From a virus (lineage: Duplodnaviria; Caudoviricetes), in IMG/VR virus record IMGVR_UViG_3300044646_000955, positions 1 to 57,747 of that record: a DNA stretch of 57,747 nucleotides; one strand, written 5' to 3'. Numbering within the stretch: the first letter of the stretch is position 1; every line of letters begins with the position of its first letter. The translations under genes were made by a program, and so were the position numbers. This document shows, piece after piece, positions 43,555-51,904 of the stretch. The notes beneath the pieces are model-generated. The model was not told the DNA's origin and did no database searches. It saw nothing but the letters and a program-made list of their open reading frames with translations.

Positions 43555-46490
43555 GCGAAGCTCCTAACGCGAAGCGCTGCGTTCACTCGCTGAGCGACGA
43601 GATCGGCATCGGTAGCGGACGCGAACACGGCGTTCTGGATCATCACGGCGGGCCCTGCCTGCGGGCGAACCATGTCGGCAAGGCCGGACTCCTCAAGGAG
43701 CCGCATGGCGCGACCGGGACGAGTGATGGGAATGACCGCCTCGGGCCCCGCCTCTCCGATGACGCCAACCGTCGGCGTCTGGACTATCCCGCCGTTGGCG
43801 AACTCCGGGATGTTTGGCACGTCGAAGGAGGCGCCGCCGAGGACAGGAACCCAGTCCGGGACGTCGAAGCTCAGGCGTCCTACCGTGTTGTTCCACGCTC
43901 GGGCGATGCCGTTGAACACGGATCGGAAGGCGGTTCCGATCACTCCTGCGACCTTCGTCACGACCGGTTCTAGCGTTGCGAAGGCGGTCCCGATGGCCCC
44001 GCTCACTCGGCTAACCGTGGACTCAACGACGCCGAAGGCAACCGCCACCACCTCCTGAACAGTGCGGAACACCTTGAGCCCGACCTCGACGGCAGTCGTA
44101 AAGACGTTCCACGCTACGGCGGCAGACTCGGTGAACCCCTTCCACGCCTTCGCTGCTGCGCTCGTGAGGAGTTCCCACACGGCCCCGATGTTGTTAGCGG
44201 CGAACTCAAAGGCAGCCCTAAGGGCGTCAAGGCTCGGCTTGATCACCCCGTCAAAGAGAAGCAGGAAGTATTCGCCAATCTGCCTAGCTCTATTGACGAA
44301 CATCCACAACACTTTGTCGGTTACGAAGTCAACTACCGCAAGGAACGGGGCGAATACGGTAGAGAGGAAGTCTACGAGAGTTGAGAACGCGTCACGAATC
44401 CACGCCGCCGCAGCGGAAGCCTTCTCGGCGATGACGGCAAACACCTCTTGCACCTTGGCGCTTATGACCTGCCATGCCCCGACAAGCCACTCTTTGGTGG
44501 CGTTGAACGCAACGACGATCGCCGCGGATACGGTCGCCCATACACCGCCGAACTTGACTACCTCGTTAGTGGCTTCCGTTACGAACGCGATCGCTTCCGC
44601 TACGTACTCGGCTAGCTCGGCGAGTTTGTCGATGGTCTCCACCAGGTACGGGACAAGCGCCTGGATGGCTACCACTAGAAGCGTGAAGCCCTCCACGGCT
44701 AGCTGAAGCGGAGTCCCGACTAGCTCAACGATGACCGGCGTGAGCGCCGTAAGGAGTTGCGTCAAGGGGGGGAGGACGACCATCGCCAGGTCGATGAGCG
44801 GCGGGAGGAGGGGGAGCAGCGCCATGGCGAGATCACGAAACAGGAGCGCTATCTGCGGCAGAAGCGGAGCCAGCCCCGCCATCACCTGTTGCAAGAACAC
44901 AAGGAAGGGCGGGAGGAGTTGCCCGAGAGCGTCGGCGAGCATCGAGAACACCGGCACAAGGGCGCGGAAGATCTCAACGATCGCCGGGAGGACCGTTGCG
45001 AGCATGCCCGCCATCATCTCCGCCATGCGCTCGAACACCGGGATGACCGCCACCGCCACGCGCTGCACGAGGATGGCTAGCGGCGGCAGGAGGTCCTTAA
45101 CTACGTCCACGATGGCGGAGAGCGCCCCGGCTAGCACCCCGGCGAACACCGTCGCTAGCTTGGCAACGATCGGGGCGAGGGTGCGGATGAGGTCGACCAC
45201 CACGTCAAGCGCGGGAGCAAAGGCGACGAAGAGGTCTAGAACGATCGGCAGAACCTTTGCCAGCACGTCCGCGAGTGCGGCGCCGATGGCGACGAACACG
45301 GGCTCTAGCCGCTCTAGGGCGGTGGATAGCGCCCTGCCGACGATCGCCGCCATACGGGAAAGGAAGTCCCCTACGACCGCTATAGCGGGGGCGAGCGCCT
45401 TGAAGGCGGACGCTACGGTCCCGGAGATGAGAGTGGCGAAGTCCCCGACTATCGCCGCTATCGGCTGAATGATCGGGGCGAGGGTCGCAAACACGACTCC
45501 TAGGTCCCCGAGCAGTGTTGAGAAGGACCGGACTAGTGTTGTGATGACGGGCCCGAACGTCTCGATGATCGGAACGGCTAGCTGCCCGAGGGACTCCCCG
45601 ATCAACGTGACCGGGCCGAGAAGCTCCATCGAAAGGTCCACGAGAGCGGGAGTCACGGCGTCCAGCGCGCCGATGATCCCGACGCCCATTGCCTCGCGTA
45701 GCTCCCCGAAGTTCGCTGCGATGCGCTCCGTAGCCTTCGCCGACGCGGCGGCGGTTCCCCCGAACTGAGTCGCTAGTTCGTCAAGGATGAGTCGTTGCGC
45801 GCTGGCGATGTCGCCTGCCTCGACCATCGCCTTGATGACTTCGCGCTGCTCCGCAGTGAACGACACGCCCGCCCGGCGTAGGGCGTTGATGCCCCTCTCT
45901 GGATCCTGAAGCGCCTTCCCTAACTGCATGGCCGCGCCCGAGAGGTCGGAGCCGAACACGGCCGACATGTCGGCCGCCCGCAGCATCACCTCGTCGAAGA
46001 TGGGTCCGACAACCTTGTTGAAGGTTAGAAGAACGTTGCTCGCCTCGATGACCGCCGTGTCGTCAACGCCGATCGTGAGCCGCAGCGAATCGGAGAGCGC
46101 CAGCACCTGTTCGCGCGTAACGCCCGCTACCCCGCCCGTTGACTTGATGAGAGCTTCCGTTGCGGCGATGGCCTTGTTTGCCGCCTCCGCCTCCAGGGCG
46201 GCCTCTCGAAGAAAGTTGCTAATCCCGAGCCCGGCTAGCGCTGCGCCGATGAGGGCGACGCCCTTCCCGAGCCCCGCCGCAATGCCGCCTAGGGCGACGT
46301 TCGACTGATGCGCCGCCTCCTTGAAAGACTTCTCCACGCGCTCGGCTGCACGCTCCGCGTCGCGAGAGATCTCGTTGAACGCGTCGCCCCTAGTGGCGTC
46401 CTTGATTGCCGCCTTGAGGTCACGCCTAAGGTTGTCCTCGAAGCCCGAGAGGTCTGGGATGATGACGATGCGAGCTTCACCCAGGGCCAC
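43551..46490 (-). CDS. Tape measure protein
   Basis: 979 aa helical with amphipathic repeats; LGKALQDP; FANGGIV...IGEAGPEAVIP. Confidence 0.92.
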   Translation of the reverse strand: MALGEARIVIIPDLSGFEDNLRRDLKAAIKDATRGDAFNEISRDAERAAERVEKSFKEAAHQSNVALGGIAAGLGKGVALIGAALAGLGISNFLREAALEAEAANKAIAATEALIKSTGGVAGVTREQVLALSDSLRLTIGVDDTAVIEASNVLLTFNKVVGPIFDEVMLRAADMSAVFGSDLSGAAMQLGKALQDPERGINALRRAGVSFTAEQREVIKAMVEAGDIASAQRLILDELATQFGGTAAASAKATERIAANFGELREAMGVGIIGALDAVTPALVDLSMELLGPVTLIGESLGQLAVPIIETFGPVITTLVRSFSTLLGDLGVVFATLAPIIQPIAAIVGDFATLISGTVASAFKALAPAIAVVGDFLSRMAAIVGRALSTALERLEPVFVAIGAALADVLAKVLPIVLDLFVAFAPALDVVVDLIRTLAPIVAKLATVFAGVLAGALSAIVDVVKDLLPPLAILVQRVAVAVIPVFERMAEMMAGMLATVLPAIVEIFRALVPVFSMLADALGQLLPPFLVFLQQVMAGLAPLLPQIALLFRDLAMALLPLLPPLIDLAMVVLPPLTQLLTALTPVIVELVGTPLQLAVEGFTLLVVAIQALVPYLVETIDKLAELAEYVAEAIAFVTEATNEVVKFGGVWATVSAAIVVAFNATKEWLVGAWQVISAKVQEVFAVIAEKASAAAAWIRDAFSTLVDFLSTVFAPFLAVVDFVTDKVLWMFVNRARQIGEYFLLLFDGVIKPSLDALRAAFEFAANNIGAVWELLTSAAAKAWKGFTESAAVAWNVFTTAVEVGLKVFRTVQEVVAVAFGVVESTVSRVSGAIGTAFATLEPVVTKVAGVIGTAFRSVFNGIARAWNNTVGRLSFDVPDWVPVLGGASFDVPNIPEFANGGIVQTPTVGVIGEAGPEAVIPITRPGRAMRLLEESGLADMVRPQAGPAVMIQNAVFASATDADLVAQRVNAALRVRSFA

Positions 46491-46500
46491 GCCCTGGATG

Positions 46501-46782
46501 CTAGCCCCCTAGCTGAGCCTGGAACTGCGCCCATGCGTCCTCATCCGTGCCGAACCATGCCGGGCGCCCGTCGACACGCATGGACCGAGGCGGCTCTAGC
46601 GCCTTGTCGATCTTCGCTAGGGTCGCTTCGTCGGCGTGCTCGCGTAGGGCGAAGAGGTAGAGGTGGCAGGCGCGATCCGCACTTAGGGCCGAGAGGTCAA
46701 GCCCGCGAGCGGAGCACCACCCGTCGAAGTCGCGCCAGTTGCTTACGATCCACCCGACGATGACTCCTGCTTCGTAGGGTTT
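46501..46782 (-). CDS. Tail assembly chaperone, -1 frameshift extension
   Basis: Slippery A AAC CCT at 46782..46776; open -1 frame PYEAGVIVGWIVSNWRDFDGW... to TAG 46501. Confidence 0.75.
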   Translation of the reverse strand, partial: KPYEAGVIVGWIVSNWRDFDGWCSARGLDLSALSADRACHLYLFALREHADEATLAKIDKALEPPRSMRVDGRPAWFGTDEDAWAQFQAQLGG

Positions 46783-47108
46783 TCTGCGCCCGTGTACTCG
46801 GCGAAGAGTTCACGCACCATGTCGGCGAGCATGGGAACGTCCAGGTTCGGTGCCACGCTCCGGAACGCTGCGTGGTCATCCTCAACCACGCAGGTCTCGA
46901 TGAGATCGACCATGACCGCCCTCCGGCGGGCGAGGGAGGCGATGGTCCCGTCTCCCTCGCCGTCGGCAACGACAGCCTCGGCCATCGCCCCTAGCTCGGT
47001 GATGTCAACCATGACCCGAAGCCGCACCGGCACCTCGTCGATGGTCCACGTGATCGGGTTAGCGGCTCGCCGCGAGGCGGCGGTGGTGAAAGCCTTGTTA
47101 CGCGTCAT
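46743..47108 (-). CDS. Tail assembly chaperone
   Basis: Upstream of tape measure; ends YTGAENPT... Confidence 0.75.
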   Translation of the reverse strand: MTRNKAFTTAASRRAANPITWTIDEVPVRLRVMVDITELGAMAEAVVADGEGDGTIASLARRRAVMVDLIETCVVEDDHAAFRSVAPNLDVPMLADMVRELFAEYTGAENPTKQESSSGGS

Positions 47109-47118
47109 TCCGACGAGT

Positions 47119-47553
47119 CTAGTCGTACGCTTTCGGCAGGGCGTCACGGAGGAAGGGGCGCCCTGGCGTCCCCTTGACGCGTCGAGCGAACACGTACGAC
47201 GACGTAGCGCCTCCCCGATACCGGCGCCGCCCGCTGCCGCTGTTGTTGATCCTCGGCCAACGGAGCGCCTGCGCGCTCCGAGGATAGATGAAGCCCGGGT
47301 TCGTCTTGCTGTAGATCCCGGTGCCCTCGTGGACGAAGAGCGCGTAGCTCAACGACGACCCGACGTAGACCACGGGGAGACCCGCCTCGACGTGCGTCTC
47401 CATCACGATAGAGCGCGACAGGGTGCCGGTGTCCTTGGGGGCGCGTCGCTTCGCCTCGCGCATCACCGCGTTGCCTCGACGCCGAAGGTCCCTAGCCACA
47501 AGACCATCCGTCGACAAGAGGAGCGCCCGAACCTCCGAAGAGTTGAGGCGCAC
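47119..47553 (-). CDS. HK97 gp10-like tail completion protein
   Basis: AP.DTGTL..SI, YA.FVHEGT, PFLRDAL. Confidence 0.8.
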   Translation of the reverse strand: MRLNSSEVRALLLSTDGLVARDLRRRGNAVMREAKRRAPKDTGTLSRSIVMETHVEAGLPVVYVGSSLSYALFVHEGTGIYSKTNPGFIYPRSAQALRWPRINNSGSGRRRYRGGATSSYVFARRVKGTPGRPFLRDALPKAYD

Positions 47554-47554
47554 G

Positions 47555-47827
47555 TCAGCGATTGATCACCTGCGCTAGAACCGAGGAGATCCCGCCGCCG
47601 ACGATGCCACCGGCGGCAGCGAGCCCGAACAAGAACCCGCGCGCCTTGTTGAGATCCGACTCCAGCTTGTCGATGCGCCCCTCGAGCTCAAGCGTCTGTG
47701 ACTCCGCTGACGCGAACCGCCGGTCAAGCTTGCTATGAGCTTCGTCAAGGCGAACGATGACATGGGCCATGCGCTCGTGGAGGATGGCTACCGCCACCCG
47801 CAAGTCGTCCGGTGGCTGCTCAATCAC
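47555..47827 (-). CDS. Coiled-coil protein with C-terminal TM segment
   Basis: Heptad pattern then hydrophobic tail. Confidence 0.6.
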   Translation of the reverse strand: MIEQPPDDLRVAVAILHERMAHVIVRLDEAHSKLDRRFASAESQTLELEGRIDKLESDLNKARGFLFGLAAAGGIVGGGISSVLAQVINR

Positions 47828-47867
47828 GGATCGGAACTGTATCGCTCACCAGCAGCCCCGTGTCGGA

Positions 47868-48923
47868 TCACTGCCGGATGTATGACCCGAGGATGTGGAA
47901 GTCGTCGGCGGGAGCGAGAGCGAACGGGGAGTTGTAATCGAAGACGTTATCGTGCCCGTTCGAGCCGACGTAGGAGAGCCGCATCTGGACGTTGCCCGCA
48001 TTGGCGTGACCGCCGATCGCGTACTGCCGTCCCGTCGACACATCCGTGAGATTGCCCGAACGAAACATCACGGGTTGAGCCGGTGCGAACGGGAGGTTGA
48101 GGTAATACTGCCCCGTACCGAAACCGGTGATGTTGTCCATGTCCACCTGAATCTCGAAGTGGACTAGATCGCCGATGGTCATGTACTGCCCCGTGAACAT
48201 CGGGGGCCCGGAGAACGTCGGCTGTGTCCCTCCGATCGTCCCGCCCACCACCATGAACGGCACCGGGCCGACGATGGGGGCGGGAGGCGGAGCGATAGCT
48301 GCAAGCTCGCAGATGGCGTCCTGCACGTTCGTGGACTCAAGCCCCTCGCACGGCTCGAACGTCACCGCGCTAGCGGGCACCGTGCAGATGGGTTCACCCG
48401 GGACGTAGGGAACCGTCTCGACGCAGCACAACGCCCACTCGTCTTGAGGCACCCCGAGCGTGAGCCGGGTCTCGACGCCGATGCACCCGCCCTCTGCCCC
48501 GACGAAGGTCTGCGCTGGCAAGGCGCGCATCCACTCGGGGTTCGGGAGCACGGCGGTCACGGCGTTGTAGACGACCGCCGCGTCCTCGATTAGCTCAAGG
48601 TACGCCGCCTGAAGAGCCGCCGCCGTTGGGGCCCGCCCACGATCGTCTACAACCGGGACGCATCGGACAAGGAGGACGAGGAGGTCCACCGTCAGGTAGC
48701 CACCCCAGCAAAGCTCCTCGGATGAGTCCTGCTGCGGAAAGGTCGCCGACTTGTAGATGCGCTCCGGGGCGACCACGAGCATCCCGCAGCAGTCGTCCCA
48801 TGCGATCCCTCCGGCCGCCACGTAGGCCCGGTTGATCGGGGCCCGGTCGCATTCCGTGAGGGCTGCCTCCACTTGCGAGAGGAGCCATGCCGCGATGTCG
48901 TGAGCGCTCCCTTGCGCCGTCAT
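47868..48923 (-). CDS. Tail terminator-like protein with C-terminal beta-rich extension
   Basis: IAWDDCC, EGGCIG; follows adaptor. Confidence 0.55.
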   Translation of the reverse strand: MTAQGSAHDIAAWLLSQVEAALTECDRAPINRAYVAAGGIAWDDCCGMLVVAPERIYKSATFPQQDSSEELCWGGYLTVDLLVLLVRCVPVVDDRGRAPTAAALQAAYLELIEDAAVVYNAVTAVLPNPEWMRALPAQTFVGAEGGCIGVETRLTLGVPQDEWALCCVETVPYVPGEPICTVPASAVTFEPCEGLESTNVQDAICELAAIAPPPAPIVGPVPFMVVGGTIGGTQPTFSGPPMFTGQYMTIGDLVHFEIQVDMDNITGFGTGQYYLNLPFAPAQPVMFRSGNLTDVSTGRQYAIGGHANAGNVQMRLSYVGSNGHDNVFDYNSPFALAPADDFHILGSYIRQ

Positions 48924-49624
48924 CGAGCGCGCCTCGCTAGGTCCGGCGTCCACACTCGACTCTGACTCTGAAGCCGGTAGGGGTTGACGGACCGGATGAA
49001 GGCGTCCGAGATCGGAAGCCCGATACGCCCGGTCTCGAAGAGCGTCCGCTGGTCCCCTAGCTCGACCGTGACCCCTTGGCGGGTGATGCTTACCGCGTTG
49101 GACGGGAGGCGGCAGTCTGCGCCCGTTAGGGCGGCGAGGAACTCGCACGCTAGCTCCCCCATCGCTAGCTCGCCGAGCGGCGGAACGTCCACCCCGTAGC
49201 TGTAGGTCACCTTGACCGGCGGATCGTCGCACCCCTGATCGCAGGGCCAGCACTCGCCGTAGCGCATGAGGCGATCTAGCTCTAGCGCGTACTGCTCCGG
49301 GGCGAGAAGTTCCCCGAGCACCTCGACGGCCGTGACGGCGCGAACCGGTCCGGTCGCTAGCTCAAGGAAGCAGCAGTCGTGAAGCCACCCGTAGGCATGA
49401 TTCACCCGCCAGTCAACGCCCGGCCCGAAGTCCCTCACCCACGGCTGAACGCACGGGGAGTCGCACGGCGGGCGGAACCACTGCGTGACGGAGCAGAGCC
49501 CGTACCGGCGCCCGGTGAGGCTCCAGAGCAGAGACTGAGCGGCCTCCCGGGCGGCATCCAACAAGGTCTCGTCTACGTCCTCGGTGGGGCATGCCCATCG
49601 GATCGGCCACGACTCGCAGAGCAT
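48920..49624 (-). CDS. Head-to-tail adaptor
   Basis: LWSLTGRRYG, ELACE, CRLP...ITRQGV, VNP. Confidence 0.75.
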   Translation of the reverse strand: MLCESWPIRWACPTEDVDETLLDAAREAAQSLLWSLTGRRYGLCSVTQWFRPPCDSPCVQPWVRDFGPGVDWRVNHAYGWLHDCCFLELATGPVRAVTAVEVLGELLAPEQYALELDRLMRYGECWPCDQGCDDPPVKVTYSYGVDVPPLGELAMGELACEFLAALTGADCRLPSNAVSITRQGVTVELGDQRTLFETGRIGLPISDAFIRSVNPYRLQSQSRVWTPDLARRAR

Positions 49625-49669
49625 GACCCGATCCTAACCCCTGCTAGCGCTCACGTCCCTGCCCCTCGA

Positions 49670-49765
49670 GCGCACAAGAGTTTTAGTAGTTCTCTCCTTC
49701 ACAATGGTTCTACTTCACCCCCCGAGATCTGCGGGGACCCGTCCCCGCAGATTCGCGAGGGGGTC
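49670..49765. repeat. Intergenic copy of origin-like sequence
   Basis: TGGTTCTACTTC plus inverted iteron-like pair matching 25284-25345. Confidence 0.6.
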
Positions 49766-49821
49766 CGCTGATTCTTGCCGTTCCCGCTGGACATTGTGCC
49801 GGGATCGTGTATACTAAGGGC

Positions 49822-50175
49822 ATGAGCGACACCATCATCTCCACCTTCAAGAAGGACGCAGCGGGCACGCTGGTTTGCCTCCTCCCGGCGTTCGTCCGGT
49901 CCCGAGTTGATCTCTACTCCGACTACATCCGGTCCGACGGGATGTTTGAGGTGACTCTCAACGGATCGGAGATCCGCATCCTGATGGCCCTGAAGGACAG
50001 CAACCTCACGGTCTCCGTCGGCAAGGCGACGTGGGTGATGAGCGGCGAGTACGACGAGCACGGGTTCTGGTGCGAGTACCAGTACCCGACCTACGACCTC
50101 GGCGAGCAGTCCGTCACCCTGCCCTACGTCGAGTTCTTCCGGCTCCGGGAGATCCTGCCGGGGATGATCCTCTAG
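49822..50175 (+). CDS. Leaderless cassette protein, 117 aa
   Basis: Promoter TGGACA-TTGTGCCGGGATCGTG-TATACT at 49788-49821. Confidence 0.75.
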   Translation: MSDTIISTFKKDAAGTLVCLLPAFVRSRVDLYSDYIRSDGMFEVTLNGSEIRILMALKDSNLTVSVGKATWVMSGEYDEHGFWCEYQYPTYDLGEQSVTLPYVEFFRLREILPGMIL

Positions 50176-50278
50176 GGCCCGGCCCCTTCTCGGAGGGCGC
50201 AAGAGGGGGCGCCTCCCTGGCCGGAGGCGCCCCCTTTGTCGTTCCTCGCTGCCGCCTCCTGCGGCCCCCCCGGACCTC

Positions 50279-50554
50279 CTAGAAGTTGAAGGAGAGCCGA
50301 GCGACGACCGCCTTGCGGGTGTAGTGAAGCGCCTGATCGGCCCGACGGCGGCGAGCGGCGAAGACCGCCTCCATCGCGTATTCCCCCCAGGCGTCCATCG
50401 CCTGCGCCCCTTCCACGAGGTACTCCTCGCACTCCGGGTCGTCGTTGAGCTTGGCGTTCATCTTCTCGATGAGGGCGACGACAAGCTTGCCGTCGGCGGT
50501 GGAGGCGAGCCGCTTGAGGCTCTCGATGATCTGTTCCGTGGTGTTCTGCGCCAT
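50279..50554 (-). CDS. Leaderless cassette protein, 91 aa (MAQNTT...)
   Basis: Class-1 promoter at 50555-50588. Confidence 0.75.
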   Translation of the reverse strand: MAQNTTEQIIESLKRLASTADGKLVVALIEKMNAKLNDDPECEEYLVEGAQAMDAWGEYAMEAVFAARRRRADQALHYTRKAVVARLSFNF

Positions 50555-50610
50555 GTCCCTAGTATACATGAACCCGGAACGTTGTCAAGGCGTAGCGGGG
50601 AAAGGTCGTG

Positions 50611-50820
50611 AAAAAGCTAGAAGGACCGGTCGCCCGTCGGCGCCGGTCCCTCTAGTTGTGAGGCGGTTCTCGCTCCTCCTATCTGACCCCGGCGCCCCCG
50701 CAAGAGCTACCGAACCCTCGGGCTTGAACCTTCCTCGGCGGTATCCGGTGGGGATCACTCCTCCCGGAACTTGGCTCCCGGTTAACCCTCCGGCCTCGGC
50801 CTCGGGGCGCTACCGCCTAT
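50611..50820 (-). ncRNA. Candidate ~210-nt structured RNA
   Basis: Promoter TTGACG-17-TACGCT at 50855..50827; closing stem AGGCGGT/ACCGCCT; terminator with T-run; no credible ORF. Confidence 0.6.
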
Positions 50821-50894
50821 GTGCATAGCGTACAGGTTCCCGCACCGGTCGTCAAGCCAGAACGGGAACTTTTTCCAGGTTTTTCTTGGAGCGG

Positions 50895-51194
50895 CTAGCC
50901 CACGACGGACTTGCGGTTCTTGCCGGCGCGCTCGGCGTCAAGAACCGCCTCGACGCGCTCGGGATGAGCGGCCATGTAGGCCAGCACGTCCGCTACAGAG
51001 TGCTCTCCCGGGTTGAACTCGTGAGATGGGGCGATGGGGGCGATCGGCTCGGGAGCGGGTGCAGAGGGCGCCTGGGGCGCCTCTCGTGGCGCTTCAACGC
51101 TAGGCGAGGGCTCAGGGGCGGGAGGGGCGTCGATACGGACCATGCGCCCGCCTCGATGGCGATAGAGCCCGTGGAGGATGCCGTCGGCACTCAT
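50895..51194 (-). CDS. Small virion-region protein
   Basis: FNPGEHSVADVLAY...VLDAERAGKNRKS; ATGA coupling to major tail. Confidence 0.65.
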   Translation of the reverse strand: MSADGILHGLYRHRGGRMVRIDAPPAPEPSPSVEAPREAPQAPSAPAPEPIAPIAPSHEFNPGEHSVADVLAYMAAHPERVEAVLDAERAGKNRKSVVG

Positions 51195-51862
51195 GAGACG
51201 GCTACGCATCCGGCAGTGTCGGCGGGAGGCTGAGTAGTCGTGGTCACGATACCGAACACCTCGCCGATGGGGAAGGTCACCTGGAAGGGGTTCGAAGTGT
51301 ACGGCCCGACTCCCCAGAAGGAGGCAGACGTTCCGTCGTTGAGGGCGGGGAAGCCCTCGCCCATGACGCCGACGGTAAGAACCCCGTTCTCAATCACCAT
51401 GTCGCCGTCGAGCTTGCCGTTGCGGATGTAGGGCACCAGGAAGTATCCCCACACGGGGGTGGAGGCGCTGCACGCCGCACCGGCAGCCTTGGTCCACACC
51501 TCAAGCGCGAACGGCCCCTCGTTGGGAGCAGTCCCCCAAGTGGCGCCGACGGCGTTGCCGGTCACCATCACCTTCGCTGCATCCGTGATGATGTCAAGCG
51601 CGTCCGGGTTGATCTCCGCGAACTGGATCGAGACGTTGACGCGCTTAAGGATGTCGGGGTTCTTGTCGCTGATGCACAGTTCCCCCCAGGCGTTCTTCTG
51701 GACGAACTCGTCCCCCGCCTCGTACTCGCCGGAGATCGTGACCGACACGAAGCACTCCGACACGAGCGACGAACACGATCCGATGACCGGGTTGCCGCAG
51801 GAGTCAAGGCGCGTCAGCCGTACGACGTTCCCCTTGATGGACTTCAGGATGCTGGTCGGCAC
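51191..51862 (-). CDS. Major tail protein
   Basis: RLTRLDSCG, KNAWGELC, FALEVW. Confidence 0.8.
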   Translation of the reverse strand: MPTSILKSIKGNVVRLTRLDSCGNPVIGSCSSLVSECFVSVTISGEYEAGDEFVQKNAWGELCISDKNPDILKRVNVSIQFAEINPDALDIITDAAKVMVTGNAVGATWGTAPNEGPFALEVWTKAAGAACSASTPVWGYFLVPYIRNGKLDGDMVIENGVLTVGVMGEGFPALNDGTSASFWGVGPYTSNPFQVTFPIGEVFGIVTTTTQPPADTAGCVAVS

Positions 51863-51904
51863 GGTCGCTAGCTTAGATCGGCAAGGACGCCTTGCGCTAT
51901 CCGC

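Noticed and set aside
50700-50760. RNase P or c-di-AMP riboswitch match (GAGGAAGGTTC)
   Set aside because: Only a short partial resemblance; the other conserved elements are missing
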